Assembly: GCA_040508235.1 (NCBI GenBank)
Contig: JBEVNG010000067.1
Location: 1-38,035 of the forward strand
Origin: Polyangiales bacterium
GTDB taxonomy: Bacteria; Myxococcota_A; Polyangia; Polyangiales; DASUME01
DNA: 38,035 bases
Direction of reading: 5' to 3'
Positions 17,443 through 27,166 of the stretch are shown piece by piece. Below the pieces are notes generated by a model that saw nothing but the letters and a program-made list of their open reading frames with translations, made no database searches and had not been told where the DNA came from. The translations under genes were made by a program, and so were the position numbers. Numbering within the stretch: position 1 is the first letter of the stretch; each line of letters starts with the position of its first letter.

Positions 17443-17964
17443 TCAGGCGCGACCGAGCGTGAACTCGGCGGAAGCGATGCGCGGCTCGTCGGCGCGATCC
17501 TCCGAGAGCACGGCTTGAACCATCACGCGCTCCGGGTCGACGTGCTGGAGCGAGAGCGAGACCTTGAGCGGCGCACCGGCACGGTGGCTGCCTTCCAGCT
17601 TGGCTTGCGCACAGCCGACACAGCGCAGCTTGCGGTCGGTGACGGTGGAGATGCGATCGACCACCACACTCTCCATGAAGCTGAGCGCGGCACCGAGCGA
17701 GTCGATGTGCACGCTGGTGGGTACGGCCGATTGAGGTTGGGCGATCACCTGAGCTGCCTCACTGGCGGACATTCCGCTCTCACAGAGCTCGCGCATGCGC
17801 TTGACGGCATCCACGTCCTGCTTGCTGTACACCCGATAGCCCGAGGGGGTGCGGGCCGGCGTGGGCACCTGGTAGCGGCGCTCCCACGCACGGAGTGTAG
17901 CCTCGGGCACGCCCGTCTGCTCGGAGACCCAGTGAATGCGGTAGAGCTGACGGGGTTCGTTCAC
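17443..17964 (-). CDS. MerR-family regulator: CarA/CarH-like HTH plus a non-B12, hotdog-like C-terminal domain
   Basis: GTG 17964 overlaps the meaB TGA. YRIHWVSEQTGVPEATLRAWERRYQVPTPARTPSGYRVYS. 173 aa, with no W-x9-EH or E/DxHxxG B12 motifs. Confidence 0.82.
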   Translation of the reverse strand: MNEPRQLYRIHWVSEQTGVPEATLRAWERRYQVPTPARTPSGYRVYSKQDVDAVKRMRELCESGMSASEAAQVIAQPQSAVPTSVHIDSLGAALSFMESVVVDRISTVTDRKLRCVGCAQAKLEGSHRAGAPLKVSLSLQHVDPERVMVQAVLSEDRADEPRIASAEFTLGRA

Positions 17965-18908
17965 GGTGATTTGTTCTCGTGGGGAGCGAGCCTGGCCGAA
18001 AAATCCGCCTGCGCACGCTCGAAGTTGGTGCAGCGGCGAAGATACACCCCCGCACCGCCCTGCGCATCCAGCGCTCGCACCCCGGAGCGCCCCCACTCGT
18101 CGCGCACCCAGCGCTCGAAGAAGTACGGCTCACGCTCCCGGAGCGCCGGTGGCGTGCTCGCGCAGTCCTCGATCAGCCCGCGCGTGAGCTCGTCGATGCC
18201 GACGCCCGTCTTGGCGCTGGTGCGGTAGATGGGCACATTGTTGCCGTCGAGCGGCCGCGCCAGCCCGATGGTGCCGCGCAGCGTGTGGTAGCTGCGCTCG
18301 GACGACGGCTCATCGCACTTGTTGAGCACGAACGCGTGCGGCACCTCCATAATGCCGGCCTTGAGGAACTGGATCTCGTCGCCGCCGAGCGGCGCCATCA
18401 CCAGGTACACGCGGTCGGCCAGGTGACGGATGTCCGCCTCGCTCTGGCCGATGCCCACCGTCTCCACCAGCACGCAGTCGAACAGGTGCGCGAGCAGTCT
18501 GCAGACTTGGAAGCTCCACGGCCCGAGTCCCCCCAGCTCGGTGGCGGAGGCCTGGCTGCGGAAGAACGCGCGCCGCTCGTCGTGCGGCAGGTTCATGCGC
18601 GTGCGATCGCCGAGCAAGGCCCCACCCGAGATGTGCGACGACGGATCTACCGCGAGCACCGCGACCGAGAGCGAGGAGCCGGCGAGCAGCGACAGCGTGA
18701 CGCGCGCGAGGAGCGACGACTTGCCGGAGCCGGGCGTGCCGGTGAGGCCGATGACGACCGCGCACTTGCGCCCCTGCAGGCGATCGAGCACGTATGCCCG
18801 CTTCTCCACCGCCTCCGCGCGCTGATCCTCGAACAGCGAGACCAGCTGCGACACCGCGCGCTTCTCGCGCTGCAGCGCGCGCTCGATCAGTTCGTCTTCG
18901 GGCCTCAC
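17961..18908 (-). CDS. meaB: MeaB/ArgK GTPase chaperone of AdoCbl-dependent mutases
   Basis: GTPGSGKS, DPSS..GGALLGDRTRM, ETVGIGQSE, GDEIQFLKAGIME, NKCD, SAKTG. GTG 18908 overlaps the ecm stop. It is the C-terminal part of the 1516 aa track ORF. Confidence 0.93.
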   Translation of the reverse strand: MRPEDELIERALQREKRAVSQLVSLFEDQRAEAVEKRAYVLDRLQGRKCAVVIGLTGTPGSGKSSLLARVTLSLLAGSSLSVAVLAVDPSSHISGGALLGDRTRMNLPHDERRAFFRSQASATELGGLGPWSFQVCRLLAHLFDCVLVETVGIGQSEADIRHLADRVYLVMAPLGGDEIQFLKAGIMEVPHAFVLNKCDEPSSERSYHTLRGTIGLARPLDGNNVPIYRTSAKTGVGIDELTRGLIEDCASTPPALREREPYFFERWVRDEWGRSGVRALDAQGGAGVYLRRCTNFERAQADFSARLAPHENKSP

Positions 18909-20920
18909 GCCGCATCCTCCTCGAGCACGCTCACGATTGACTCCATGATCTGGATCAAGCTGTAGTCGGACGGCGTGAACACCTTGCGCACGCCCTTCGC
19001 GTAGAGCGCGTCGAAGTCGGTCTGCGGGATGATGCCGCCGAACACCACGCGCACCTTGTCGATGGCCTTGTGCTCGCGAAGCTGCTCCATGATCTGCTCG
19101 GCCAGCTCCAGGTGCGAGCCGCTCAACACGGAGGCGCCGATCAGATCCGCGCCTTCCTCGACCGCCGACTGCACGATCTCGTCGGGGCTGAGCCGGATGC
19201 CGGAGTAGATCACGTCGAAGCCGACGTGGCGCGCGGAGACCGCGATCACCTCGGCGCCGTTCGAGTGACCATCGAGGCCTGGCTTGCCAACCACGATGCG
19301 TGGGCGATGGCCGAGCTTGGGGATCAGCGACTCGATGCGGTGGCGCAGCTGGTCGACCTGATCGCCCTCCAGGCCGAGCCGCTGGCCGTCGATGCCGGTG
19401 GCCGGGCGATACTCGCCGAACACGCCGCGCAGCGTGCGCGCCCACTCGCCCGTGGTGACGCGCGCCAGGGCGCACTCGATCGAGGGCTCCATCATCGACG
19501 TGCCGTTGCGGGCCGCGTCTTGCAGCGCCGCGAGCGCGCGCTCCACACGCTTGGCATCGCGCGTCGCACGCGTGCGATTCAGGCTCTCCAGCGTCGCCTG
19601 GGTGGCGTTGGCGTCGAGCTTGAACAGGCCGCCGTCCGCGCCACCGAGCAGCGGCGAGGGGATGCCCTCCGTCCACTTGTTCATGCCCACCACGATCTGC
19701 TCGCCGGTGTTGATGCCGCGCATGCGGTTGGCCATCGAGCGCACCAGCGCCGACTTCATGTAGCCGGTCTCGATCGCGGTCTTCACGCCGCCCATCGCCA
19801 CGATGCGCTCGATCTCCTCGCGCGCCTCCTTCTTGAGCGCGTTCACCTTGGAGATCACCACCGGGCTGCCGTCGAACAGGTCCGGGTACTCCAGCAGGTC
19901 GGTCTCGTAGGCGAGGATCTGCTGCAGGCGTAGCGACCACTGCTGATCCCAAGGACGCGGCAAGCTGAGCGCCTCGTTCCAGGCCGGCAGCTGCAGCGCA
20001 CGACAGCGCGCGTTGCGGCTGAGCGTGACGCCGAGCGCCTCGATCAGGATGCGCCAGGCGTTGTTCTCCGGCTGGCTCTCGGTGAGGCCCAGCGAATTGA
20101 CCTGCACGCCGTAGCGGAAGCGGCGGAACTTGGGGTTCTTCACGCCGTAGCGGTCGCGCGTGATCTCCTCCCACATCTCGGAGAACGCGCGCATCTTGCA
20201 CATCTCCTCCACGAAGCGCACGCCCGCGTTCACGAAGAAGCTGATGCGCCCCACGATCTTCTCGAACTGATCGCCGCTGAACTTGCCGCGCTCCTTGATC
20301 AGATCGAGCAGGCCGATCGCGTTGGCCAGCGCGAACGCCAGCTCCTGCACCGGCGTCGCGGCCGCCTCCTGCAAGTGGTAGCTGCAGATGTTGGAGGCGT
20401 TCCACTCGGGCATCTCGATCAGGCAGAACTCGTACATCTCGGCGATGATGCGCAGGCTCTCTTCGGGCGGGAAGATGTACGTGCCGCGCGCAAGGTACTC
20501 CTTGATCAGATCGTTCTGCGTGGTTCCGTTCAGCTTCTTGGTGTCGATGCCGCGCTCGCGCGCCAGCGCGACGTACAGGGCGAGCAGCCACATCGCCGTG
20601 CCGTTGATCGTCATCGAGGTGTTCATCTTCTCGATCGGGATCTGGTCGAACAGCAGGTGGAAGTCGTCGAGCGAGTTGATCGGCACGCCGACCTTGCCCA
20701 CCTCCGGCAGCGCGATGCGGTCGTCCGAGTCGTAGCCACACTGGGTCGCGAGATCGAACGCGATCGAGAGGCCGGTCTGCCCCTTGGCCAGGTTCGAGCG
20801 ATAGAGCTCGTTGGACGTCTTGGGGCTGGAGTGTCCGGCGTAGGTTCGGAAGATCCAGGGCGGCTCGCGCGTCGGCTTGCCTTCTTTGTCGCGGATGACG
20901 TGCGCGTCGGGCGTGTCCAT
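18905..20920 (-). CDS. ecm: Ethylmalonyl-CoA mutase (MeaA), AdoCbl-dependent
   Basis: PWIFRTYAGHS..SNELYR.NLAKGQTGLSIAFDL, RFRYGVQVNSLGLTE.QPENN. The B12 motif is GLDGHSNG, the Ecm-type variant rather than the MCM-type DGHDRG. Confidence 0.92.
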   Translation of the reverse strand: MDTPDAHVIRDKEGKPTREPPWIFRTYAGHSSPKTSNELYRSNLAKGQTGLSIAFDLATQCGYDSDDRIALPEVGKVGVPINSLDDFHLLFDQIPIEKMNTSMTINGTAMWLLALYVALARERGIDTKKLNGTTQNDLIKEYLARGTYIFPPEESLRIIAEMYEFCLIEMPEWNASNICSYHLQEAAATPVQELAFALANAIGLLDLIKERGKFSGDQFEKIVGRISFFVNAGVRFVEEMCKMRAFSEMWEEITRDRYGVKNPKFRRFRYGVQVNSLGLTESQPENNAWRILIEALGVTLSRNARCRALQLPAWNEALSLPRPWDQQWSLRLQQILAYETDLLEYPDLFDGSPVVISKVNALKKEAREEIERIVAMGGVKTAIETGYMKSALVRSMANRMRGINTGEQIVVGMNKWTEGIPSPLLGGADGGLFKLDANATQATLESLNRTRATRDAKRVERALAALQDAARNGTSMMEPSIECALARVTTGEWARTLRGVFGEYRPATGIDGQRLGLEGDQVDQLRHRIESLIPKLGHRPRIVVGKPGLDGHSNGAEVIAVSARHVGFDVIYSGIRLSPDEIVQSAVEEGADLIGASVLSGSHLELAEQIMEQLREHKAIDKVRVVFGGIIPQTDFDALYAKGVRKVFTPSDYSLIQIMESIVSVLEEDAA

Positions 20921-20936
20921 GACCGATCAGCGTAGG

Positions 20937-21013
20937 TTTGCGAAGGTGCGCCGCCACCGGCAAAGAGGCGCCGATTTGCGAACGAAAGCGCGCCGCTTTG
21001 CAAAGTTTGCAAA
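20937..21013. promoter_or_regulatory. ScfR (RamB/PrpR/PccR) operator array between ecm and the regulator
   Basis: TTTGCGAA 20937-44 and 20975-82, CCGGCAAA 20957-64, perfect palindromes TTTGCAAA 20997-21004 and 21006-13. TTTGCAAA is the known PrpR/PccR site. Confidence 0.8.
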
Positions 21014-21050
21014 GCGAGACGGCGACCGTCTTTCGGGCTACAAGGCGGGG

Positions 21051-22460
21051 GTGACGAAGGCGTTCCTCGGTCCCCGATTGCGACGATTGCGCGAGGATCG
21101 CGGCCTCACCCAGAGTGCGGTCGCGAGCCAGCTCCAGGTCTCGGCCAGCTACTACAGCCAGCTGGAGGGCAACCAGCGGCCGCTCACGCCGGCGTTGATC
21201 TCGCGTATTGCGAAGACGTTCACAATCGAGGCGCAGTACTTCTCCGAGGAGGACGAGGCGCGCTTGTTGGTCGACGTACGCGAGGCGCTGGAGTCGTGCG
21301 CGCCCGACGAGCTGCCCTCCGCGAGCGAGCTGCGCGGGTTGGTGAGCGACACACCTCAGGTAGCGCGCGCGCTGGTGGCGCTGCACCGGCGTCATCGCAC
21401 CGCGGTCGAGCGAGCGGATGCGCTGGCCAGTCGCATCGGCGAGCGTGGTGCACCGAGCGACAGCGGCCTGCCGCTGATGCCCTACGAAGAAGTGCGCGAC
21501 CTGTTCTACAAGCGCCACAACTACATCGACGAGCTCGACACGCTGGCCGAGCAGATCGCCGACGAAGCGGGCCTGGTGCCGGGCGAGATGATCAAGCGCA
21601 TCACGCGCCGCTTGAAGGAGCGCGGCATCACGCTCGCGGTCGCCGAGGCCGGGCGCAACACGCCGCTGCGCCGCTTCGATGCCGCCAGCAAGACGCTGTG
21701 GCTCGCACCGCACCTGCAGCCCGGACAGCGCGCGTTCCAGCTCGCGACGCAGGTCGGCCTGCTCGAAGCGCGCGCGGTGATCGACCAGCTCGCCGGCGAG
21801 CCATCCACGGACGAAGCGCGTCGCCTTGCGCGCATCGGGCTCGCGCACCACTTCGCCGGCGCGCTGCTGATGCCGTACCGCATGTTCCTCGCGCGCGCGG
21901 AGGCGCTGCAGTACGACATCGACGAGCTGCGCCGCGAGTTCTCGGTTAGCTACGAGACCGCGTGCCACCGGCTGTCCACGCTGCAGCGGCCGAGCGAGCC
22001 CGGCGTGCCCTTCTTCTTCATCCGCGTCGACCGGGCCGGCAACGTCTCCAAGCGACAGTCCGCGACCGACTTCCACTTCTCGCGCGTGGGCGGCACCTGC
22101 CCGCTGTGGAACGTGTACGAGGCCTTCTCGCAGCCGTCGCGGATCCTGCGTCAGGTGGCACAGATGCCCGACGGCCGCTGCTACCTGTGGATCGCCCGCG
22201 CGGTCTCGCACTCGCAGGGCGGCTTCGGCGTGCCCAGCAAGACGCACGCGATCGGACTCGGCTGCGACCTGCGCCACGCCTCGCGCTTGATCTACGCGCG
22301 CGGCCTTAACCTCACGGATCCCGCCGCCGCCACGCCGATCGGCATGGGCTGCAAGGTGTGCGAGCGCCAGCACTGCCCGCAGCGCGCCTTCCCCTCGATC
22401 GGCCGCACGCTCGACGCGGACGAGAGCGTGTCCCGCTACGAGCCGTACGTCTCGCGCTGA
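21051..22460 (+). CDS. Short-chain fatty acyl-CoA regulator (ScfR family, RamB/PrpR-like XRE regulator)
   Basis: XRE HTH (FLGPRLRRLRE.RGLTQ..QLEGNQRPLT), HRLSTLQRP, RVDRAGNVSKR, GGTCPLWNV, C-terminal CKVCERQHCPQRAFP Fe-S motif. GTG 21051. Confidence 0.92.
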   Translation: MTKAFLGPRLRRLREDRGLTQSAVASQLQVSASYYSQLEGNQRPLTPALISRIAKTFTIEAQYFSEEDEARLLVDVREALESCAPDELPSASELRGLVSDTPQVARALVALHRRHRTAVERADALASRIGERGAPSDSGLPLMPYEEVRDLFYKRHNYIDELDTLAEQIADEAGLVPGEMIKRITRRLKERGITLAVAEAGRNTPLRRFDAASKTLWLAPHLQPGQRAFQLATQVGLLEARAVIDQLAGEPSTDEARRLARIGLAHHFAGALLMPYRMFLARAEALQYDIDELRREFSVSYETACHRLSTLQRPSEPGVPFFFIRVDRAGNVSKRQSATDFHFSRVGGTCPLWNVYEAFSQPSRILRQVAQMPDGRCYLWIARAVSHSQGGFGVPSKTHAIGLGCDLRHASRLIYARGLNLTDPAAATPIGMGCKVCERQHCPQRAFPSIGRTLDADESVSRYEPYVSR

Positions 22461-22500
22461 TCGTCTTGCATAGTAGACACGAGTTCGGTAGACCGCTGGC

Positions 22501-23274
22501 ATGAACAGCAAGGCGCAAACCGTGCGCGATCGCGTCGGCCCGGAGGAGTGGGCGCGGCGGGTCGAGCTCGCGGCTCTGTATCGTCTGACCGCCCTCTACG
22601 GCTGGGACGACTTCCTGGCCACGCACATCTCGGCGCGGGTGCCCGGACCGGACAAGCACTTCCTGCTCAACCCGCTCGGGTTGTGGTTCGAGGAAGTGAC
22701 CGCGTCGAACCTGGTGAAGATCGACCTCGACGGCAAGATCATCGACGGCGATCACGAGATCAACTACGCGGGCTTCGTGATCCACTCGGCGATCCACGCC
22801 GCACGCGAGGACGCGCACTTCATCGCGCACTTTCACACGGACGACGGCGTCGCGCTGTCATCGCAGAAGGACGGGTTGCTGCCGCTCAACCAGCGCTCGC
22901 TCGCGATCCTGCCGCGGCTCGCTTACCACGACTACGAGGGCATCGCGTTCAACCTCGACGAGCGCGAGCGCCTGGTCGCGTCGCTCGGTGACAGGAGCCA
23001 GCTGATCCTGCGCAACCACGGCACGCTCGCGCTCGGCGCGACGCCGGGCCAGGCGTGGAGCCGCATCTACGGCCTGGAGAAGGCGGCCTCCGCGCAGGTG
23101 CGCGCGCTCTCCGCGGGGCGCGATGGCGTGCTGATCGCACCGGAAGCCGCGCAGGAGGAGGTGCGTCGCCAGACCCAGCGCAAGCCGGGCGAGCGCGGCA
23201 ACGTGTACGAGGGCCTCGCCTGGGAGGCGATCAAGCGCAAGGTCGACCGCGACAGCCCCGGCTACGCGCAGTAG
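22501..23274 (+). CDS. Class II aldolase/adducin family protein
   Basis: THISARVPG, FEEVTASNLVKID, GFVIHSAIH, HFHT, LILRNHG. Confidence 0.9.
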   Translation: MNSKAQTVRDRVGPEEWARRVELAALYRLTALYGWDDFLATHISARVPGPDKHFLLNPLGLWFEEVTASNLVKIDLDGKIIDGDHEINYAGFVIHSAIHAAREDAHFIAHFHTDDGVALSSQKDGLLPLNQRSLAILPRLAYHDYEGIAFNLDERERLVASLGDRSQLILRNHGTLALGATPGQAWSRIYGLEKAASAQVRALSAGRDGVLIAPEAAQEEVRRQTQRKPGERGNVYEGLAWEAIKRKVDRDSPGYAQ

Positions 23275-23286
23275 TCTCGCTCGACC

Positions 23287-24633
23287 ATGTCCAGCCTGCA
23301 CGAGCTCGCCTTTCTGGGCGACGGCCTGATCACGGATCCGGAGGTGATCGAGGGCTATCGCCGCGATCGCACCACGTGGGCGGAGCCCGGTGTGCCGCTG
23401 GCTCTGGTGCGGCCTCGCTCCACCTACGAGGTGCAGGCGATCGCGCGCTGGTCGACAAAGCATCGTGTGCCGCTGGTCCCGCGCGGTGCGGGCAGCGGCA
23501 TCTCCGGCGGTGCGACGGCGAGTGACGGCGCGCTGATCGTGAGCTTCGAGCGCATGAAGCAGATCGTCGAGCTCGACTCGGTGGCGATGCTCGCACGTGT
23601 GCAGCCCGGCGTGATGAACGCGGAGCTGAAGCGCGCCGCATCCGAGCAGGGCCTCTGGTATCCGCCCGATCCGTCCAGCTTCGAGATCTCTTCGATCGGC
23701 GGCAACGTCGCCACCAACGCGGGCGGCCTGTGCTGCGTGAAGTACGGCGTCACCGCGGACTACGTGCTCGGCCTGGAGGCGGTCCTGAGCGACGGCAGCG
23801 TGGTGCGCGCCGGCAGCAAGAGCCGCAAGGACGTGGCCGGATACGATCTGACCAAGCTGCTGGTCGGCTCGGAGGGAACGCTCGCGCTGATCACGGAGGT
23901 CACCGTGCGGCTGCGTCGCAGGCCTCCGCCGTCGCGCACGCTGGTAGCCACGTTCGACACGCTGGAGACGTCGGGCGCCGCGGTGGCCGCGATCGTGCGC
24001 ACGGCGGACGCGTCGCTGCTGGAGATCATGGACCGTGCGACGCTGCGCGCGGTGGAGCGGCACGCGCAGCTCGGGCTCGATGTGGGCGCGGCGGCGATGT
24101 TGATCGCGCAGACCGATGCAGGCGACCGCGAGCTACAGCAGATCGCCGCTGCGTGTGAAGCGGTGGGCGGACGTGACCTGGTCGTCTCCGAGACCGAGAC
24201 GGAGAGCCGGTTGCTGTTGGCCGCGCGCCGGCTGGCGTATCCCTCGCTGGAGAAGCTGGGCGACGTCCTGGTGGACGACGTCGCGGTGCCGATCTCTCGG
24301 CTGGCCGAGATGTTCGCGCGCATCGAGCAGCTCGCGGCCCGCACCGGCGCGCACATCGCCACCGTCGCGCACGCGGGCGACGGCAACCTGCACCCGCTGG
24401 TGGTGTTCGACCGCCGCGACCCGCAGGACGAAGCGCGCGCGCTGTCCGTGTTCGAGCAGCTGATGGACGACGCGCTCGCGCTGGGCGGCACCATCACCGG
24501 CGAGCACGGCGTGGGCACCCTCAAGCGCCCCTACCTCGCCCGTCAGCTCGGCGAAGAGATGGTGGCGCTACAGCGCCGCATCAAGCTCGCGTTCGATCCC
24601 CACGGCCTGCTCAACCCCGGCAAGGTCCTTTAG
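23287..24633 (+). CDS. FAD-linked oxidase, GlcD / D-2-hydroxyacid dehydrogenase family
   Basis: PRGAGSG.SGG, PPDPSS..SIGGNVATNAGG..KYGVT, GSEGTL, HAGDGNLH, TGEHGVG, FDP.GLLNPGK. Confidence 0.9.
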   Translation: MSSLHELAFLGDGLITDPEVIEGYRRDRTTWAEPGVPLALVRPRSTYEVQAIARWSTKHRVPLVPRGAGSGISGGATASDGALIVSFERMKQIVELDSVAMLARVQPGVMNAELKRAASEQGLWYPPDPSSFEISSIGGNVATNAGGLCCVKYGVTADYVLGLEAVLSDGSVVRAGSKSRKDVAGYDLTKLLVGSEGTLALITEVTVRLRRRPPPSRTLVATFDTLETSGAAVAAIVRTADASLLEIMDRATLRAVERHAQLGLDVGAAAMLIAQTDAGDRELQQIAAACEAVGGRDLVVSETETESRLLLAARRLAYPSLEKLGDVLVDDVAVPISRLAEMFARIEQLAARTGAHIATVAHAGDGNLHPLVVFDRRDPQDEARALSVFEQLMDDALALGGTITGEHGVGTLKRPYLARQLGEEMVALQRRIKLAFDPHGLLNPGKVL

Positions 24634-25711
24634 AACGTCGCGCGAGCCACAGCGCGAGGATGAGCCAGGCCGCGCCGCCGCGCGAGTGCAAGGCACACCC
24701 CTCGGCGCTCGACTCGATGGGCAGAGCTTCGCTCATCATGCCCGCGTCGCCCGCGCGGAGGGCGAGTGCGGCCTTGGCATCGTCGCGCAGATCGACCCAG
24801 CGAGTGGTGCAGTCGGCGCGAGCGGTCTCGGTGAGGGTGCTGTAGTCCGGGTCTTGCAGACCGGCGACGGTGAAGAGCGGGTCGCCGAGGCCGCGCTCGT
24901 CCACGCGAAACAGGTCTCCGCGCGAGCATGCGTAGAGGGTGCCGTCGACCTCGCCGAGGCACGTCACGCGCTCCGCGGTCTCGATGGGCGTGCCGCTCAA
25001 CGTGCGCAGCTTCCCATCGACCGCGACCAGGTTGCCTGCGGGACCCGCGATGTCGACACTCGCTTCGAGTAGCGGTTCGTACGCGCCGTCGAGGATGCGC
25101 CCCAGCGTCACCCACGGCGCCGAGCGCCCATGCGTGACCACGTGGAGTTGTGCAGCAGCGATGCGGAGCTGGGCGCTGGCCACGTAGCTGGGTGCGGTCC
25201 AGGTGATCGTGCGCTGCCCGGTCTCCACGGTTAGCTCGCGGTCTTCGAAGCGAAGGGTCGACCCATCACCCGCGAGCGCGTCGACCGGTTGCGCGAGCGT
25301 CCGCACCAGCTCGTTGCTGGATGCAGTGACGCGGCGCAGCTCCCAGCGCCCTTCATCCTGGAACACGACCAGCACGGCGTCCCGCTGCGACGCCGCGGCG
25401 AAGCCGAGGCCCGACTGCACGGGATGGCGCGCGACGCGACCGTCCTGCCCCACCACGAACAGCTCGTCGCTCGCGACCAGGGCGGGTCCGAAGGACGGCG
25501 CCGCTGCCGGAGCGAGCACGTAACCACCCCACGACTCGGGGCACACGAAGCGAAAGCCGTCGCCAGAGCGGTGTGCGAAGCCACCCGGTGTCAGCCGCAC
25601 GAGGGCAGCACCGCGCGCGTCCAGAGCGAGCAGCTCCGTGGTGGCTGGGGGCGCGCCGTGCGCGAGCGCGCGACTCGTGAACAGCAGCAGGCCGACGAGC
25701 CAGAGCTTCAC
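24611..25711 (-). CDS. Secreted beta-rich protein with a MYXO-CTERM-like sorting tail
   Basis: Signal peptide ending ALA/HG. C-terminus GC-linker-hydrophobic-basic (EGCALHSRGGAAWLILALWLARR). GTG overlaps the protease stop. Confidence 0.75.
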   Translation of the reverse strand: MKLWLVGLLLFTSRALAHGAPPATTELLALDARGAALVRLTPGGFAHRSGDGFRFVCPESWGGYVLAPAAAPSFGPALVASDELFVVGQDGRVARHPVQSGLGFAAASQRDAVLVVFQDEGRWELRRVTASSNELVRTLAQPVDALAGDGSTLRFEDRELTVETGQRTITWTAPSYVASAQLRIAAAQLHVVTHGRSAPWVTLGRILDGAYEPLLEASVDIAGPAGNLVAVDGKLRTLSGTPIETAERVTCLGEVDGTLYACSRGDLFRVDERGLGDPLFTVAGLQDPDYSTLTETARADCTTRWVDLRDDAKAALALRAGDAGMMSEALPIESSAEGCALHSRGGAAWLILALWLARRSKGPCRG

Positions 25712-27165
25712 AGCTCGTCCGACGCGTGCAGCAGATCCTCGATGCGCAGCTTGGCGCCGATGCTGACCTTGCTGTCGCGGTAGAGGGCCTTGACCGCACC
25801 GAGGGCTTGAGCGCGCGTGAGCTGGTTCTCGCCGTGGAGCCAGAACATCGCGGTCGCGATCTGGAAGGCATAACGCTCGTAGAACGGCACCGTCCGGTAG
25901 TTCAGGAACAGCTCACGGACGCTCTGATTGTCGTACGACTCGACGGCGTAAGCGGCGAGGTACGAACCGATTGTGAAGTCGAGCCTGGGCTTGAAGCGAT
26001 CGAGGGTCGCGAGCAGGTTGGTGCGCGCGGCCTGCTCCCCCGCCGCCACGGTGTCGGAGAGCCCTTCCATCGAATAGGAGATCGCCGTCAGGTCGAGTGA
26101 GCCGTTGAAGCGCTGCTGCTTGTCCATCGCCGTCTGCAGGCGCTTGCTCCAAACGGCGAGCTCTCCACGCGGGCACTCCTTGGCGTTCTCCTTGTTCTGC
26201 GACAGCAAGTCGGTGCGACACTCGATGAACTCGAGGGCGGCGAAGCACGACGAGATCGCACCCTGAAACGCCTCGTACGACTCGTAGTCGTCGTACGCCA
26301 GCGCTTCGTCGCAGTCGGTGCCCAGCAGCCACGCCAGCGACACCGGCTGTCCGTCGACATTCGCCTTCCAGGTGTGCGCCGCCAGGAAGGCGCCGCTGTT
26401 CGCGAGCGCTTGGTCCGCACTCAGCGAGTCCGCGAGCGAGAACACGCTGGTCGGCAGCGGCGCAGCGAGGGCACGCTGCACATCCGCGCTCGCGCTCGCG
26501 ACCGCGGTCACCTCCGCGCTGGTTCGTGTCAGCAGGTCGAAGCCCTCCGCACCGCGATGCAGCAAGCCGACCAGCTGCCCCGCGTCGTCGAGCAACGGCG
26601 AGCCGCTGCCGCCGGGCAAGCTGAACACGCTGGCGTCGAACCACGTTCCATCCGCGCTCACCACGTAGCCCGACGACCACTTCTTGAGCCGCCCGAGTGG
26701 ATGGCCGATGGCCGTGACGTGCGTGCCGACCAGCTCGCTGGCCGTGCGCGGCGCCAAGGTGAGATGGAACGGCGTGTTGATGCGCTGGGTCTTCGCTTCG
26801 TCGAGGAAGATCTGCACCGCCGCCATGTCGAGTCCCACGTCGACGTGCTGCGGCACGGCCCACACGCCGCGCGGCGACAGCGCGAGCGTGCCGCGCTGGT
26901 ACTCGAAAGACAGCGCCACCGCGCAGCCTTCGCGCGCGCAGGTGTCGCCGCCGAGCACGTGCGCGTTCGTCAGCAGCAGGCCGTCCGGCGAGATGAACGA
27001 GCCCGTGGCGGACCCGCCGGCCGGGTGCTGGATGCGCACCACCGCCGACGCCGCCTGCTTGACCATCGCCGATGCGTGCTCGATGTCGTGCAGCTCCGGA
27101 GGAGCCGCGTTGGGCAGCTCCTCCGCGCACGCCACCATCAGGAGCGCGAACGCAAAGCGCTTCAT
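25708..27165 (-). CDS. Trypsin-like (S1) serine protease lipoprotein with an unknown Cys-containing helical C-terminal domain
   Basis: Lipobox LMVAC; ATGSFIS..GLLLTNAHV (His), GLDMA (Asp), LPGGSGSP (Ser). Confidence 0.88.
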   Translation of the reverse strand: MKRFAFALLMVACAEELPNAAPPELHDIEHASAMVKQAASAVVRIQHPAGGSATGSFISPDGLLLTNAHVLGGDTCAREGCAVALSFEYQRGTLALSPRGVWAVPQHVDVGLDMAAVQIFLDEAKTQRINTPFHLTLAPRTASELVGTHVTAIGHPLGRLKKWSSGYVVSADGTWFDASVFSLPGGSGSPLLDDAGQLVGLLHRGAEGFDLLTRTSAEVTAVASASADVQRALAAPLPTSVFSLADSLSADQALANSGAFLAAHTWKANVDGQPVSLAWLLGTDCDEALAYDDYESYEAFQGAISSCFAALEFIECRTDLLSQNKENAKECPRGELAVWSKRLQTAMDKQQRFNGSLDLTAISYSMEGLSDTVAAGEQAARTNLLATLDRFKPRLDFTIGSYLAAYAVESYDNQSVRELFLNYRTVPFYERYAFQIATAMFWLHGENQLTRAQALGAVKALYRDSKVSIGAKLRIEDLLHASDEL

Positions 27166-27166
27166 G

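Noticed and set aside
17961-22511. 1516 aa minus-strand ORF as a giant fusion ending in MeaB
   Set aside because: Only the last 315 aa are MeaB, with its own GTG overlapping the ecm stop. The rest is off-frame ecm and antisense ScfR, open because stops are rare at high GC.
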